Source: a virus
Taxonomy: Duplodnaviria; Caudoviricetes
IMG/VR virus record: IMGVR_UViG_2865512620_000005
Span: 481 to 64,480 of that record
Length of the DNA: 64,000 bases
Strand: one strand, 5' to 3'
Shown: piece by piece, positions 26,208 to 36,033 of the stretch
How positions within the stretch are numbered: position 1 is the first letter of the stretch
Layout of the letters: each line of letters opens with the position of its first letter
Position numbers and translations under genes: made by a program
The notes under the pieces: generated by a model
Databases searched by the model: none
The model's input: the letters and a program-made list of their open reading frames with translations, nothing else
Told to the model about the DNA's origin: nothing

Positions 26208-28118
26208 GTGGCAGCTCCGGATTTGCGCGTCGTTCGACGCCGTAAGGGCACCGCGCTGGTCGCGTCCGGTGCGCGTCCTGTCGCGCTGACGGCAGCCAGC
26301 GCACCGGTGAGCGACCCGAGCAAGGTGTTCGGCGCCGCGACGATGGGGCGCCGCAACAACTGGCAGGCCGACGCCTGGGAGATGCATCGGCAGGTTGGTG
26401 AGCTCGGCTATTACGTGCGGTGGCGCTCCAAATCGTGCTCGCGGGTGCGGCTCGTCGCGTCGGAGATTGACCCCGACACTGGGTTGCCGACCGGCAGCAT
26501 CGATCCCGACAACGCGGAAGGTATGCGGTTCGCGGAGATCGTGCGCGAGATCGCCGGCGGACCGCTGGGCCAGGCGAAGATCATCAAACGCGCCACCGAG
26601 TGCCTCACAGTGCCCGGCGAGCACTGGATCGCGATCCTGATGCGGCCGGCGGCGGGCTGGGCGGATGGTTCACTGCTGCCTGAGCGGTGGTTTGTGGTCA
26701 CCCGCAAGGAAATCGAAAAGGGTGCGCGGCGCAACAGCGTCGTAATCAAACTGCCGGACGGGTCCAAGCACGAGTTCGACGCCACAGCCGGGGATGGCAT
26801 CTTTCGGGTGTGGAATGAGGACGCTGAGGACGCATCCGAGCCGACGTCGCCAGTGCAGGCTTGCATGGACCCGCTGCGTGAGATCGTCCGTACGACAAAG
26901 AAGATCCGCAACGCCGACAATTCGCGGCTGCTGAACAACGGTCTGCTGTTCGTGCCGTCGGAGGCGAGCCTGCCGGATTCGCAGGCGCCGGTGTCGGCGG
27001 ACAAACCGTCCGGGTCACCGACGCCACCAGCTCGCCGACAGGGTGTGGCGGAGAAGCTGCAGCACATGATCGTTCGTGTTGGTGAGACGGCAGCGAAGGA
27101 TCCGGACAGCATGGCGGCCTTGGTTCCCGTCGTGGTCGCGGCGCCGGGTGAGCACCTGTCGAAGATCCATCACCAGGAGATCGGCAAGGACGTCACCGAC
27201 ACGGCGCTTAGGACGCGCACGGAGGCGATCGCGCGGCTCGCGATGGGCCTGGACATGTCGCCGGAACAGTTGCTCGGGCTCGGCAACTCGAATCACTGGT
27301 CTGCGTGGCTGCTGTCGGACAACGATGTGCAGCTGCACGTGTCGCCGGTGCTTGAAACGATCTGCCAGGCGATCTATGACAATGTGCTGCGCCACATGCT
27401 GGTCGCGGCCGGGATCGATCCGGACAAGTATGTCCTGTGGTACGACGCGAGTCGCCTGACCGCCGACCCGGACAAGACCGACGAGGCCCGCGACGCGTTC
27501 GACCGCGGCGCTATCACGGCCGAGGCGTTGGTCCGTCAGTACGGGTTGCCCGATGACTCGCTCTACGACTTCTCGACCCTCGACGGCTGGAAACAGTGGG
27601 CGCAGGACAAGGTTTCGCAGGATCCGACGCTGTTGCCGACGTTGTTGCCCCTGCTCGACGAGAGTGTGCAGGCGATCGACTTCCCTGAGCCGCAGCCTGC
27701 GTTGCCGCCGGCCGACAACCAGCAATCCGATGACGAGTCGGGCGCTGACGGGCAGCAGGAACCGGCCACCGAGGACAACAGCGGTGACCAGGCGGCGGGC
27801 CTGCGTGGCGATGTCGAACTGGCCGTTGTGGACCTACTCGTCGGCCGGGCACTGGAGTTGGCGGGCAAGCGGCGTGTCCGGACGAACGACCGGGTGCAGC
27901 ACGCGCGCCTGCGTGACGTCGCGACCCGGGACTATCACCGGTTCATGCCGCCGGTCGACGACGGTGAAGTCGGCAGGTTGATCAAGGGATTTGACGATGT
28001 GCTCGACGGTGATTTCGCCGCGGCGCACGGTCTGGACCCTGAGCGCGTTCGGGCGGCGGTGCGGCGTATCGCGCGGCGCGAGCTCACCGCCCAGGTGGTC
28101 GACGGGCAGGTGGTCTGA
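26208..28118 (+). CDS. Portal protein
   Basis: Position; WQADAW..VGEL, NNGLLFVP, RLAMGLDMSPEQLLG..NHWSAW. Confidence 0.85.
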   Translation: MAAPDLRVVRRRKGTALVASGARPVALTAASAPVSDPSKVFGAATMGRRNNWQADAWEMHRQVGELGYYVRWRSKSCSRVRLVASEIDPDTGLPTGSIDPDNAEGMRFAEIVREIAGGPLGQAKIIKRATECLTVPGEHWIAILMRPAAGWADGSLLPERWFVVTRKEIEKGARRNSVVIKLPDGSKHEFDATAGDGIFRVWNEDAEDASEPTSPVQACMDPLREIVRTTKKIRNADNSRLLNNGLLFVPSEASLPDSQAPVSADKPSGSPTPPARRQGVAEKLQHMIVRVGETAAKDPDSMAALVPVVVAAPGEHLSKIHHQEIGKDVTDTALRTRTEAIARLAMGLDMSPEQLLGLGNSNHWSAWLLSDNDVQLHVSPVLETICQAIYDNVLRHMLVAAGIDPDKYVLWYDASRLTADPDKTDEARDAFDRGAITAEALVRQYGLPDDSLYDFSTLDGWKQWAQDKVSQDPTLLPTLLPLLDESVQAIDFPEPQPALPPADNQQSDDESGADGQQEPATEDNSGDQAAGLRGDVELAVVDLLVGRALELAGKRRVRTNDRVQHARLRDVATRDYHRFMPPVDDGEVGRLIKGFDDVLDGDFAAAHGLDPERVRAAVRRIARRELTAQVVDGQVV

Positions 28119-28282
28119 TGGCCGAGATCGACAAGACACATCCCGGCAGCGTCCGCGCCTACGTGGGGAACGCCAACGCCGCCTACTACACCGAGAGTCG
28201 CCGCGTCCTAGTCGTCGCCGACAGTGGCAGCTTCGCCGACGCGCTGGCCGCGTTGAAGGCACTTCGGGACGAGGTGTGCTGA
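28118..28282 (+). CDS. 54-aa hypothetical protein
   Basis: MAEIDKTHPGSV...; TGATG coupling on both sides. Confidence 0.5.
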   Translation: MAEIDKTHPGSVRAYVGNANAAYYTESRRVLVVADSGSFADALAALKALRDEVC

Positions 28283-30765
28283 TGTTCTTCCCTGGGCGTG
28301 ATGAAGCGTTGTCGCACACCATCAAGGCGGAGACGGCGATCAGTGACCTGTACGCGGAGGCGATCCGCCGGTGGGCACCGGATGTGCAGGCCGCGGTGCT
28401 GCCGTCGCTGACGGCCGCGGCCGCGGGAGAGCAGCTGCCGCCGGACCCCGATGCTGTCGCGCAGCAGCAGCCGTCGTGGGAGACGGCCGCCACGGCGGTG
28501 ATCGTCGCCGGTCTTGCGGTCCTGTGGGCGGTCGCGGTCTACGAAACCCTGTCGGGCCTCGCTGGCGTCGTTCCCTCGATTGGCGGCGACGGCGGCGACG
28601 AGCGTCCACCCGTGCCCGACATCGACGACGCGGTGATCGACATTATTTCGGCATCGGTGCGGCAGTCCCGCGCGGAGGTGAACGACGCTGTCGCATACGT
28701 GCAGGCCACACCGTCGCTGGCCGCCGCACGCGACGATCTCCTGTCCTCAAAACGTGAGGACATTTTCACCAGCACCCCGAAAGCGGTGCGCGCCAAGGTC
28801 ACCGCGGCGATCTCCGACCCGGTGCTGACGGTGTCGGTGATCCCCGAGGATCGGTCCGCGGTGCTGCAGGCGGAGGCGGCCAAGGTGCTGCAGCCGTCGT
28901 CGGCTGTGATGCGGGAGATCGCCCGCGGCGGCGGGTACCAGGCGGCTGGCGTGATGAACCACGCTGTCGTCGCCGCGGCGGTGGCCTCGGCGCGCGAGTC
29001 CGGCGAGGAACTGGAAAAGACGTGGATCTGCACGATCGACGGGAAGACGCGGCCGACGCACTGGGCTGCTGACGGGCAACGGGTGCCGCTCGCGGGGCGC
29101 TTCACCGTTGGCGCTGACCAACTGTTCGTGCCCGGTGACCCGGCGGGCTCGCCGGCCGAGGTGAAGAACTGCCGTTGCCGTGTCGGCATTCTCGCCGCCG
29201 ACGAGGAGATTCCCGACGAGGTGGACCGGCACACCGAACGTCTCAACGGTCGCGACAGCGTGCAGGTCAACCGTCAAGGCAGCCAGGCCGACGAGATCCG
29301 GCGGCGGGCCGACAGCGGGAACGTCCGGGCCCGAGACGATCCGAACGGCATTGGGCAAGTGGCATCCGGCGGCTGGGCCGCACCAAGTGAACAGGAGTAC
29401 GACATGACGACCCCAGTGATTGGCGGACCCACCAAGGCCGAACTGTCGGCCTTCGCCGCCGACGGTGGCGACACCACCGACGCGGAGACCTATCTGACGT
29501 TCACCGACGCACTGTTCGCGGTGACCGGCACACCCACCGACGACCGCCGCATGCTCGCCGCGGACATCGAGCTCTCGATGCGCGACACCCCGATGCCGCT
29601 GCAGTGGTGCGAGAAGATGGAAGGCGGCCACTACGGATCCGTCACCGTCGGTGTCATCGAGGCGATCGACTTCAAGAACGGCCAGGTGCTCGCGTCGGGC
29701 TACATGCTGAACAACGAGAACGCGCTCAAGGCGATGGATCTCGTCGCGCACGGTGTGTGCAACCCGTCGGTCGACCTGGCCAACGCCACCGCGACGTGGA
29801 CCTACGAAGACGGCACGATCGTCACGGACGAGAATTACGACCCAGAACTGCCGATCTATGAGACGGTCACCGAGGCCACGCTGACGGCGGCGACCATCGT
29901 GGCGATCCCCGCGTTCGGGCAGACGCGCATCGCGCTGAACGCCGACCGGGAATCCCGGGACACGGCACTGGTGGCATCAGCCGCCGCGAAATTCCAGCCC
30001 CGCGTGTACGACCCGGCGTTGTTCTCCGATCCGAAGCTGACTGGGCCGACGCAGCTGACGATGGACCCCCAGACAGGTCGGATCTACGGGCACATCGCGG
30101 ATTTCAAGGAAAAGCACCGCTCTGTCGGGCTGGGCCACATCTCGCCGCCGCACTCTCAGACCGGGTACGCGCACTTTCACACCAGCCCGCCGGTGCACCT
30201 GTCCGACGGCAGTCACCTGCCGGTCGGCCGGCTGACGGTGGGCATCGGCCACGCTCCCACGAGCGGGGTGAGCAACGCTGAGGCGCAGGCACACTACGAC
30301 AACGCTGAGGCGTGCTTCGCGCTGGTCCGTGCGGGTGAGGATGCGCACGGCATCTGGGTGTCGGGTGTCGCGGCGCCGTGGGCCACGCCGGAGAAGATCG
30401 AAATGGGTTTGGCGGCACCGCTGTCCGGTGATTGGCGTCCGTACGGTGGTGCGCTCGAACTAGTCGCCGCGCTCGCGGTGAACACTCCAGGGTTCCTATG
30501 CCGCGCCACGACCGACTCGCGGGGTAACCCGCTGTCGTTGGTCGCGTCGATGTCGCCGCGGTCAGGCGCGCCGGCGCGGCCGGTGCTGTCGCGGGAGGAC
30601 ATCAAGGCGGCCGTGGCGGAGGCGCTGGCCGACTCCCAGCAGGCTGCGGAACTGGCGCAGCGCCGTGACGCCGTGTTGGCGCGGGCTTTCGCCGCAGTTG
30701 GTGATCCGCCTGCTGAGCTGACGCCAACGGAGCGAATCGGTCAGATGCTCGCGGGGCGTGCCTGA
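28282..30765 (+). CDS. MuF-like minor head protein fused to capsid maturation protease
   Basis: KTWICTIDGKTRPTH...EVKNCRC (MuF), then GHYGSVTVG..., IPAF, LSGDWR..LELVAALAVNTPGF. Confidence 0.8.
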   Translation: MFFPGRDEALSHTIKAETAISDLYAEAIRRWAPDVQAAVLPSLTAAAAGEQLPPDPDAVAQQQPSWETAATAVIVAGLAVLWAVAVYETLSGLAGVVPSIGGDGGDERPPVPDIDDAVIDIISASVRQSRAEVNDAVAYVQATPSLAAARDDLLSSKREDIFTSTPKAVRAKVTAAISDPVLTVSVIPEDRSAVLQAEAAKVLQPSSAVMREIARGGGYQAAGVMNHAVVAAAVASARESGEELEKTWICTIDGKTRPTHWAADGQRVPLAGRFTVGADQLFVPGDPAGSPAEVKNCRCRVGILAADEEIPDEVDRHTERLNGRDSVQVNRQGSQADEIRRRADSGNVRARDDPNGIGQVASGGWAAPSEQEYDMTTPVIGGPTKAELSAFAADGGDTTDAETYLTFTDALFAVTGTPTDDRRMLAADIELSMRDTPMPLQWCEKMEGGHYGSVTVGVIEAIDFKNGQVLASGYMLNNENALKAMDLVAHGVCNPSVDLANATATWTYEDGTIVTDENYDPELPIYETVTEATLTAATIVAIPAFGQTRIALNADRESRDTALVASAAAKFQPRVYDPALFSDPKLTGPTQLTMDPQTGRIYGHIADFKEKHRSVGLGHISPPHSQTGYAHFHTSPPVHLSDGSHLPVGRLTVGIGHAPTSGVSNAEAQAHYDNAEACFALVRAGEDAHGIWVSGVAAPWATPEKIEMGLAAPLSGDWRPYGGALELVAALAVNTPGFLCRATTDSRGNPLSLVASMSPRSGAPARPVLSREDIKAAVAEALADSQQAAELAQRRDAVLARAFAAVGDPPAELTPTERIGQMLAGRA

Positions 30766-30950
30766 TGGGGTGCAGCTGCAGAGGCGGTCGGCGTGCCGGC
30801 GCCAAGACGTCGACGGGCTCGACGGTGCAGGGCTACGAGTACACCGCGCCGGACAAGACGGTGAAGACGTTCCTGATCTATCTGGAAGCGAAGAAAGAGC
30901 AGCTCCACAACGGTGGCGGCACGATCAAAACGATCACCAGCAGCGTATAG
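30765..30950 (+). CDS. Small head-region protein
   Basis: MGCSCRGG...NGGGTIK; coupled. Confidence 0.65.
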   Translation: MGCSCRGGRRAGAKTSTGSTVQGYEYTAPDKTVKTFLIYLEAKKEQLHNGGGTIKTITSSV

Positions 30951-30960
30951 GTATCCGACC

Positions 30961-30993
30961 AGACGGCCCCCGGTTTCACCCCGGGGGCCGTCT
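30961..30993 (+). terminator. Stem-loop terminator
   Basis: AGACGGCCCCCGG-tttcacc-CCGGGGGCCGTCT. Confidence 0.7.
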
Positions 30994-31121
30994 CGTGTTC
31001 TGGGTTGCTGCACGGTGCCCTCTTACTGTCCGGCGCCAGAGAGTTCCTGCCATGCGCTATGTGCCGGGGAGCGATCGGAAACAGGCAGTACCCCTTTTGA
31101 TCCGAGACAGGAGCCATTGCA

Positions 31122-33167
31122 GTGAAGTTCACGACGCTGCCCGATCAGCTGCCCGCCACCGTCACCGAATTGGAAGAACTGGCCGCGGCTGTCGCCGCCG
31201 AGATCAACGTCTTCCAGGCCCGCTATGCGGCCGGTGACGAGTTCACCGAGGACGAAGTGGCCCGGTTCGAATACGTCACCGAGGCGCACGAGAAGGTCAC
31301 CGCGGAGTGCGACACCCTCGCCGCCGCCGAGCAGACCCAGGCCGACAAGGTGAAGGGCCTGATCGAGCGTTCGACCAGTGCTACCAAGAAAGCCACCGAC
31401 CCCGCACCGGCCGCCGACGCCGATGCGGAATCCGGCACCGAGGCAGAAGCGCCAGCCGCCGACGCCGACACTGCCGCTGCTCAGGTGGTCGCGGAGGCTG
31501 AGGCCGCGACAGCGAAAGCCGCCGAGTCCAGTGCTGCTGTCACCGCCGGCGCCGGGGTGAGTTTCGGTGGCGCCGTCCGCAATAACGACATCCCAGCTGA
31601 CGCCCCTGCCACCGAGTTGCCGAAGCGCTGGCGGATGCTGCCGTCTGCGCCGAAGTACGCCGAATTCGGTGGCTCGTCTGGCATGGTCAGCACCCGGGAG
31701 ATCGCCGAGGCGATCGAGTCGGTGCAGCCCGGTCAGCGGACCGGCAAGCAGCAAACCGGTTCGAAGGTGTTCAACGGCCAGACGTTCGCCACGCAGGCGC
31801 TCGCCAAAATGGACCGCCCGCAAGGCAAGGTCATCGAGACCGGCGAGGACTTCTACGCCGAACTGGAACGCATCGCCGCCGAGATCCCCGGTCGCGGCAA
31901 GGTTTCCGCGCAGGCGCTCGTCGCCGCCGGTGGCTGGTGCGCACCATCGGAGCAGCTGTACGACTTCTGCCCCACGCCTGCCGCTGGCAATCTGCTGTCA
32001 CTGCCGGAGATCGCGATCAAGCGTGGCGGTATCCGGTTCCCCGCTGAGCCGGACTTCACCGCGCTGCAGACCGGGTTCCACTTCACTGAACCGCAACTGG
32101 AAGCCACCGACGGCAACGGCAAGCCGACGGCGATCAAGAACTTCGTCGAGATCCCTTGCCCGGACGAAATGATCGAGTATCGCCTCGAAGCGATCGGCTG
32201 GGCGGTCAAGGCTGGCATCCTGCAGCGGCAGGCGTGGCCGGAGCTGATCCAGAAGTTCCTCGACGAGTTCCTGGTGAAGCACCAGTACCGGGTGTCGGCG
32301 AAGACCATCTTGAAGATGCTGGGCGAGTCGAGCGCGGCCAAGGTCGTCCCGACGGATGCGGTGCTCGGTGCCACCACTGGCATCCTGAACGGTTTGCACG
32401 TGCGGGCTCGGAACCTGCAGATCAAGACCCGTAAGGACACCATGGAAGGTGTTGCGCCGGTGTGGTTCCGCGACGTGCTGCGCGCCGATCTGGCGATGCG
32501 GGACGGCAGGGACATGCTCGATGTGTCCGACGCGCAGATCGACGCTTGGCTGGCTGTCCGAGGGATTTACCTGCAGTACGAAGGCCGTTGGCAGTCCCTC
32601 GGCGTCGGTCAGCCCGGACACTACGACACTTCGTGGTGGCCCGGCAGCGTCGACGTGATGCTGTACCCGGCGGGCACGTTCTTCCGGTCGCTGGACAACG
32701 TCATCACCCTGGGCGTCCAGTACCCAATCGAGCAGGTCCAAGAGAACCGCTACACCGAAGGGTTCCTCGAGGACTCGTTCCTCGTCGGAAAGCGTTGCGA
32801 CCCGTCGCATCTGATCCGTATCCCGCTGTGCACCAATGGTGCGGTCGGTGCTCGCGAGACCATCGTGTGCCAGTCGGCCACGATCACCAAGACGGTGACC
32901 GTCGGCGGTGCCCCGACCGGTGGCGGCTACACGCTGAAGTTCGGCCCGCTGGGTGTCCCGTCGGCGTCGATCGCGAACAACGCGGCCGGAACCGCGATGG
33001 ACTCTGCCCTCACCGGCATCGACGACGGTGTGACCGCGGCAGGCGACATCACCGTGGTGGGCAACGGCCCGGTCTACACGGTCACCTACCCGGCCAAGCT
33101 GGGCGACCTGCAGTTGGCCGCCAACAACCTGACCGGCGGCACCAACCCGAGCGTGACCGTCTCCTAG
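31122..33167 (+). CDS. Major capsid protein with N-terminal scaffold region and C-terminal extension
   Basis: Coiled-coil N-terminus, ALVAAGGWCAPSE, AWPEL; CAGGAG RBS. Confidence 0.85.
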   Translation: MKFTTLPDQLPATVTELEELAAAVAAEINVFQARYAAGDEFTEDEVARFEYVTEAHEKVTAECDTLAAAEQTQADKVKGLIERSTSATKKATDPAPAADADAESGTEAEAPAADADTAAAQVVAEAEAATAKAAESSAAVTAGAGVSFGGAVRNNDIPADAPATELPKRWRMLPSAPKYAEFGGSSGMVSTREIAEAIESVQPGQRTGKQQTGSKVFNGQTFATQALAKMDRPQGKVIETGEDFYAELERIAAEIPGRGKVSAQALVAAGGWCAPSEQLYDFCPTPAAGNLLSLPEIAIKRGGIRFPAEPDFTALQTGFHFTEPQLEATDGNGKPTAIKNFVEIPCPDEMIEYRLEAIGWAVKAGILQRQAWPELIQKFLDEFLVKHQYRVSAKTILKMLGESSAAKVVPTDAVLGATTGILNGLHVRARNLQIKTRKDTMEGVAPVWFRDVLRADLAMRDGRDMLDVSDAQIDAWLAVRGIYLQYEGRWQSLGVGQPGHYDTSWWPGSVDVMLYPAGTFFRSLDNVITLGVQYPIEQVQENRYTEGFLEDSFLVGKRCDPSHLIRIPLCTNGAVGARETIVCQSATITKTVTVGGAPTGGGYTLKFGPLGVPSASIANNAAGTAMDSALTGIDDGVTAAGDITVVGNGPVYTVTYPAKLGDLQLAANNLTGGTNPSVTVS

Positions 33168-33195
33168 TCGAGACCCGGGCGCATCGCAATGGACG

Positions 33196-33243
33196 AGGCG
33201 GGCGGCGTGAACAGCATCCGAGGCTTTCTCACGCCGCCCGCCT
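33196..33243 (+). terminator. Stem-loop after capsid gene
   Basis: AGGCGGGCGGCGTGA...TCACGCCGCCCGCCT. Confidence 0.65.
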
Positions 33244-33268
33244 TCCCCGGTAGAGAGGACCGCACGCC

Positions 33269-34117
33269 ATGACCACTGCATTTTCTCCGGTGGTGTTCGA
33301 CGCTCCGCTGGTCAACCCGGCGCCGAACGGTTTGTTCGGCGCGACCCAGTGGACGGACGAGGATGGGCCGCTGCGCTGGTTGGCGTCCGGTGTCGACATC
33401 CGGGTGTTCAACTACGGTGGCGGAGCGCAGTTCGGTGTGTGGGAACACCCGTGGTGTGTGTCGGAGGACGATCTCGATCCCGAGACGGACGCCAAACGCG
33501 GTGTCCGGCCGGAGTTTCCGGACACGTTCACTGCGTTCACCTCGTGGGCGTCGGACGAGTGCGATGTGACGCAGCGGAGCCGCGACGAGGTCCGTGTACG
33601 AGCACAGCAGGTGCACCGGCTGCAGGAACCCAACGCGGTTGAAGCCAAACTGGCCACTCGAATGCTGGCCGACGCCGGCACGGCGGGCACCGCCGCGGGC
33701 GTGGTGGCCGCCGTGGCATTCCTGGAGGGGCTGTTGGCGAAGACCAACACGGTCGGCCAGATTCACGCATCAGCGGAGTGGGCGGCGTTCGCGGCGTACG
33801 CGAATCTGGTGCGCTACAACGGCAGCAAGCTGGTGACGCCCCTTGGACACCAGTGGGTGTTTGGTGGCGGCTACGTCGATGGTCTGGGTTCGACTCTGGT
33901 GGCGACGTCGCCGACGTTTGGTTGGCGAGGCCCGGTGGTGCTGCGCGACGCCCCCACAGCGGGGTTCAACGAGTTTGTGGCGGTCGCTGAACGGAGCCTT
34001 GTCGTTGGCTACGAGGAGCTGGTGGCTGCTGTCAAGGTGACGGCGCCGGTCGCTGGCGACGGCTTCCCTGGACTGCTGAATTTCCCTGGTAGTGCGAATT
34101 TCCCGAGCGGAGGATAG
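33269..34117 (+). CDS. Head-associated structural protein (minor capsid / decoration)
   Basis: Follows the capsid gene; TPLGHQWVFGGGY, AVAERS. Confidence 0.6.
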   Translation: MTTAFSPVVFDAPLVNPAPNGLFGATQWTDEDGPLRWLASGVDIRVFNYGGGAQFGVWEHPWCVSEDDLDPETDAKRGVRPEFPDTFTAFTSWASDECDVTQRSRDEVRVRAQQVHRLQEPNAVEAKLATRMLADAGTAGTAAGVVAAVAFLEGLLAKTNTVGQIHASAEWAAFAAYANLVRYNGSKLVTPLGHQWVFGGGYVDGLGSTLVATSPTFGWRGPVVLRDAPTAGFNEFVAVAERSLVVGYEELVAAVKVTAPVAGDGFPGLLNFPGSANFPSGG

Positions 34118-34119
34118 TC

Positions 34120-34608
34120 ATGCCTGCTGGTGTGCTGGTTGTGGTTGAGAATGGTTTCGCCACGATCGATTTCGTCGACAAGGCCAAGCGTGGCCCTGCG
34201 CTGGCGAAGCTGTTCGAGATCGGGACACCTCCCGAGGCAATCGAGAAGCTGACCAGGTCGGGACCGCGCGCCGTGTATGTGGTGCCCGAGGGCAATGCCC
34301 GCGAGGCCGGACTGCTCGACGAAGCCGACGTGGAGGACGCCGTCGTTGGCGACGTCGAAATTCCTGACGGCGACTCGGTTCCCGACACGGTGTTCGTTGA
34401 GGGTGGGCCGCTGCCGGATGGGTCTCTGCCCGTGCTGGGTACGTCCGGGGAGGATGTCCTGCCGAAGGCGTGGCCGGATGGTGAGCCGGCCGACGACTGG
34501 ACCCGTTCGGAACTCGACGCTTACGCCCAGGCGGTGACGGGCATCGACACTCGTGAATTCAAGAACAAGGCCGCGGTGCTCGACGCCATCGGTAAGGCAA
34601 CGGCATGA
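34120..34608 (+). CDS. Hypothetical virion-region protein
   Basis: C-terminal PADDWTRSELDAYA..NKAAVLDAI (HeH/LEM-like). Confidence 0.6.
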   Translation: MPAGVLVVVENGFATIDFVDKAKRGPALAKLFEIGTPPEAIEKLTRSGPRAVYVVPEGNAREAGLLDEADVEDAVVGDVEIPDGDSVPDTVFVEGGPLPDGSLPVLGTSGEDVLPKAWPDGEPADDWTRSELDAYAQAVTGIDTREFKNKAAVLDAIGKATA

Positions 34609-34994
34609 CACCGCTTCCGGTCGTCCAAGGCCCCGGTGTGCTGGACCGGATTCGCGCGCTGATCCCTGAGTCGGCGCGCGAAGCCTGGTACCGCATCGCA
34701 GGTGCCACAGTCGCGTTTCTGGCCGCATTCGGCCTGCTGGAGCAACAGGAGGCGGCACTGTGGACGCAACTGGTCATTTCGGTGGTCACCCTGGTGTTCG
34801 CGCTCATCTACGCCACTTCGACGTGGCGGGTCGTGCTGTACGCCGTCACCGGTCCGCTCGGCAGCGTGCTGATGTTCTATGGACTGGTGAACGACGTCCG
34901 GTGGGCGGCGATCACCGCGTCGGTGGCGTACGCCTTTGGCATCACGACCGCCGCGGCGAAGACGGTGCAGCGAGACTCCGACTTGGTGCGATGA
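34605..34994 (+). CDS. Holin-like membrane protein
   Basis: About 4 TM helices with an internal duplication (REAWYRI / RVVLYAV). Confidence 0.6.
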   Translation: MTPLPVVQGPGVLDRIRALIPESAREAWYRIAGATVAFLAAFGLLEQQEAALWTQLVISVVTLVFALIYATSTWRVVLYAVTGPLGSVLMFYGLVNDVRWAAITASVAYAFGITTAAAKTVQRDSDLVR

Positions 34995-35449
34995 CCGAGT
35001 CGGAGCGGGAACTGGCGAAGGCCGCCCACGACGTCGAGGTCCACGAGCAGCACCGCACCGTATTCATCGGCAGTCAGACGATGCTGCTGGCGTTGCTGGC
35101 CATCGGCTACGGGCTGATGACGTTCTGGCTGGGCCAGGATGCGTGGAGCTTCGAAGGCTACGAGGGCACCTACACCACTGCGTTGGAGGTGCCCGGCTCG
35201 CCGGAGAGTTGGGGTGCCGCGTTCCTCATCTTCGGGCTGTCGACACTGTGGGCGTTCCACAGGTCGATGTCGCGGCTGCTCGCCGTGTCACTTACGTTGC
35301 TGTCCATCCTGTTTGGCATGTTCTCCAGTTCGTTCATCGTGGATGCACTGGCCTACGATGCGCCGGAATCCTGGCCGTCCGTACTGGTCTACGGGCTGAT
35401 TGCCCTAACGATGCTGATCCGCGCCAGGCTGGCGTGGGTGACACGGTGA
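34991..35449 (+). CDS. Four-TM membrane protein
   Basis: Hydrophobic helices; coupled. Confidence 0.65.
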   Translation: MTESERELAKAAHDVEVHEQHRTVFIGSQTMLLALLAIGYGLMTFWLGQDAWSFEGYEGTYTTALEVPGSPESWGAAFLIFGLSTLWAFHRSMSRLLAVSLTLLSILFGMFSSSFIVDALAYDAPESWPSVLVYGLIALTMLIRARLAWVTR

Positions 35450-35781
35450 ATTGGGAATTCCTCGGACAGTTGTTCGCAACCGGGACCGGTCTCGCGGCAG
35501 TCGCCAAGGGGCTGGCATGGCTGAACACCAAGAGGGCGCAACGTCTTCGCGCCACCGGTGAGGCCGGCGTCGAGTACGACAAATTCATGGGCGCAGCGAT
35601 GACCCGGGCCAACGAGGTCAACTCTGGCATCCGCGACGATCTCATCGTGGAGCGCCGTATCAAGAGCAACCTGATCGACCTGGTTTTCGATCTGGTTGAT
35701 GCGCTGCGCAATCATGGCGCGTCGGCGCGTGAGGTGGACCCGTATCTCGATCGCCTCGACGAGATTCGCGCTGATCGGTGA
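35446..35781 (+). CDS. Membrane-anchored coiled-coil protein
   Basis: N-terminal hydrophobic segment; coupled. Confidence 0.6.
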   Translation: MNWEFLGQLFATGTGLAAVAKGLAWLNTKRAQRLRATGEAGVEYDKFMGAAMTRANEVNSGIRDDLIVERRIKSNLIDLVFDLVDALRNHGASAREVDPYLDRLDEIRADR

Positions 35782-35902
35782 GTTCGTCGAGCAGCTGGTC
35801 TACCGCGCTGCTGGAGCGCACTGGCCAGCCGTCGGCGGCGCAGGCGCCCCGGTAGGCGGCGAGAACGCGGAGCTCCGCGTGGATCGTTTCGATGTCTCCC
35901 AT
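35660..35902 (-). CDS. Small antisense-oriented hypothetical protein
   Basis: IETIHAELRVLAAYR..SSSAVDQLLDE resembles small mycobacterial mobile-element proteins; overlaps the previous gene. Confidence 0.45.
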   Translation of the reverse strand: MGDIETIHAELRVLAAYRGACAADGWPVRSSSAVDQLLDELTDQRESRRGDRDTGPPHAPTRHDCAAHQPDRKPGRSGCS

Positions 35903-36033
35903 GCAGGGTTAGACGCAGCGCCAGCACCGGTGGTTCCACTCGGATTGCTGGTGCACCCACTGCTCTTACTGTTCGGCGCAGCCTCGGATACCGACCGGCG
36001 CGAAGCGCCTGATAGCAGGAGGAAGGCCAGCTC

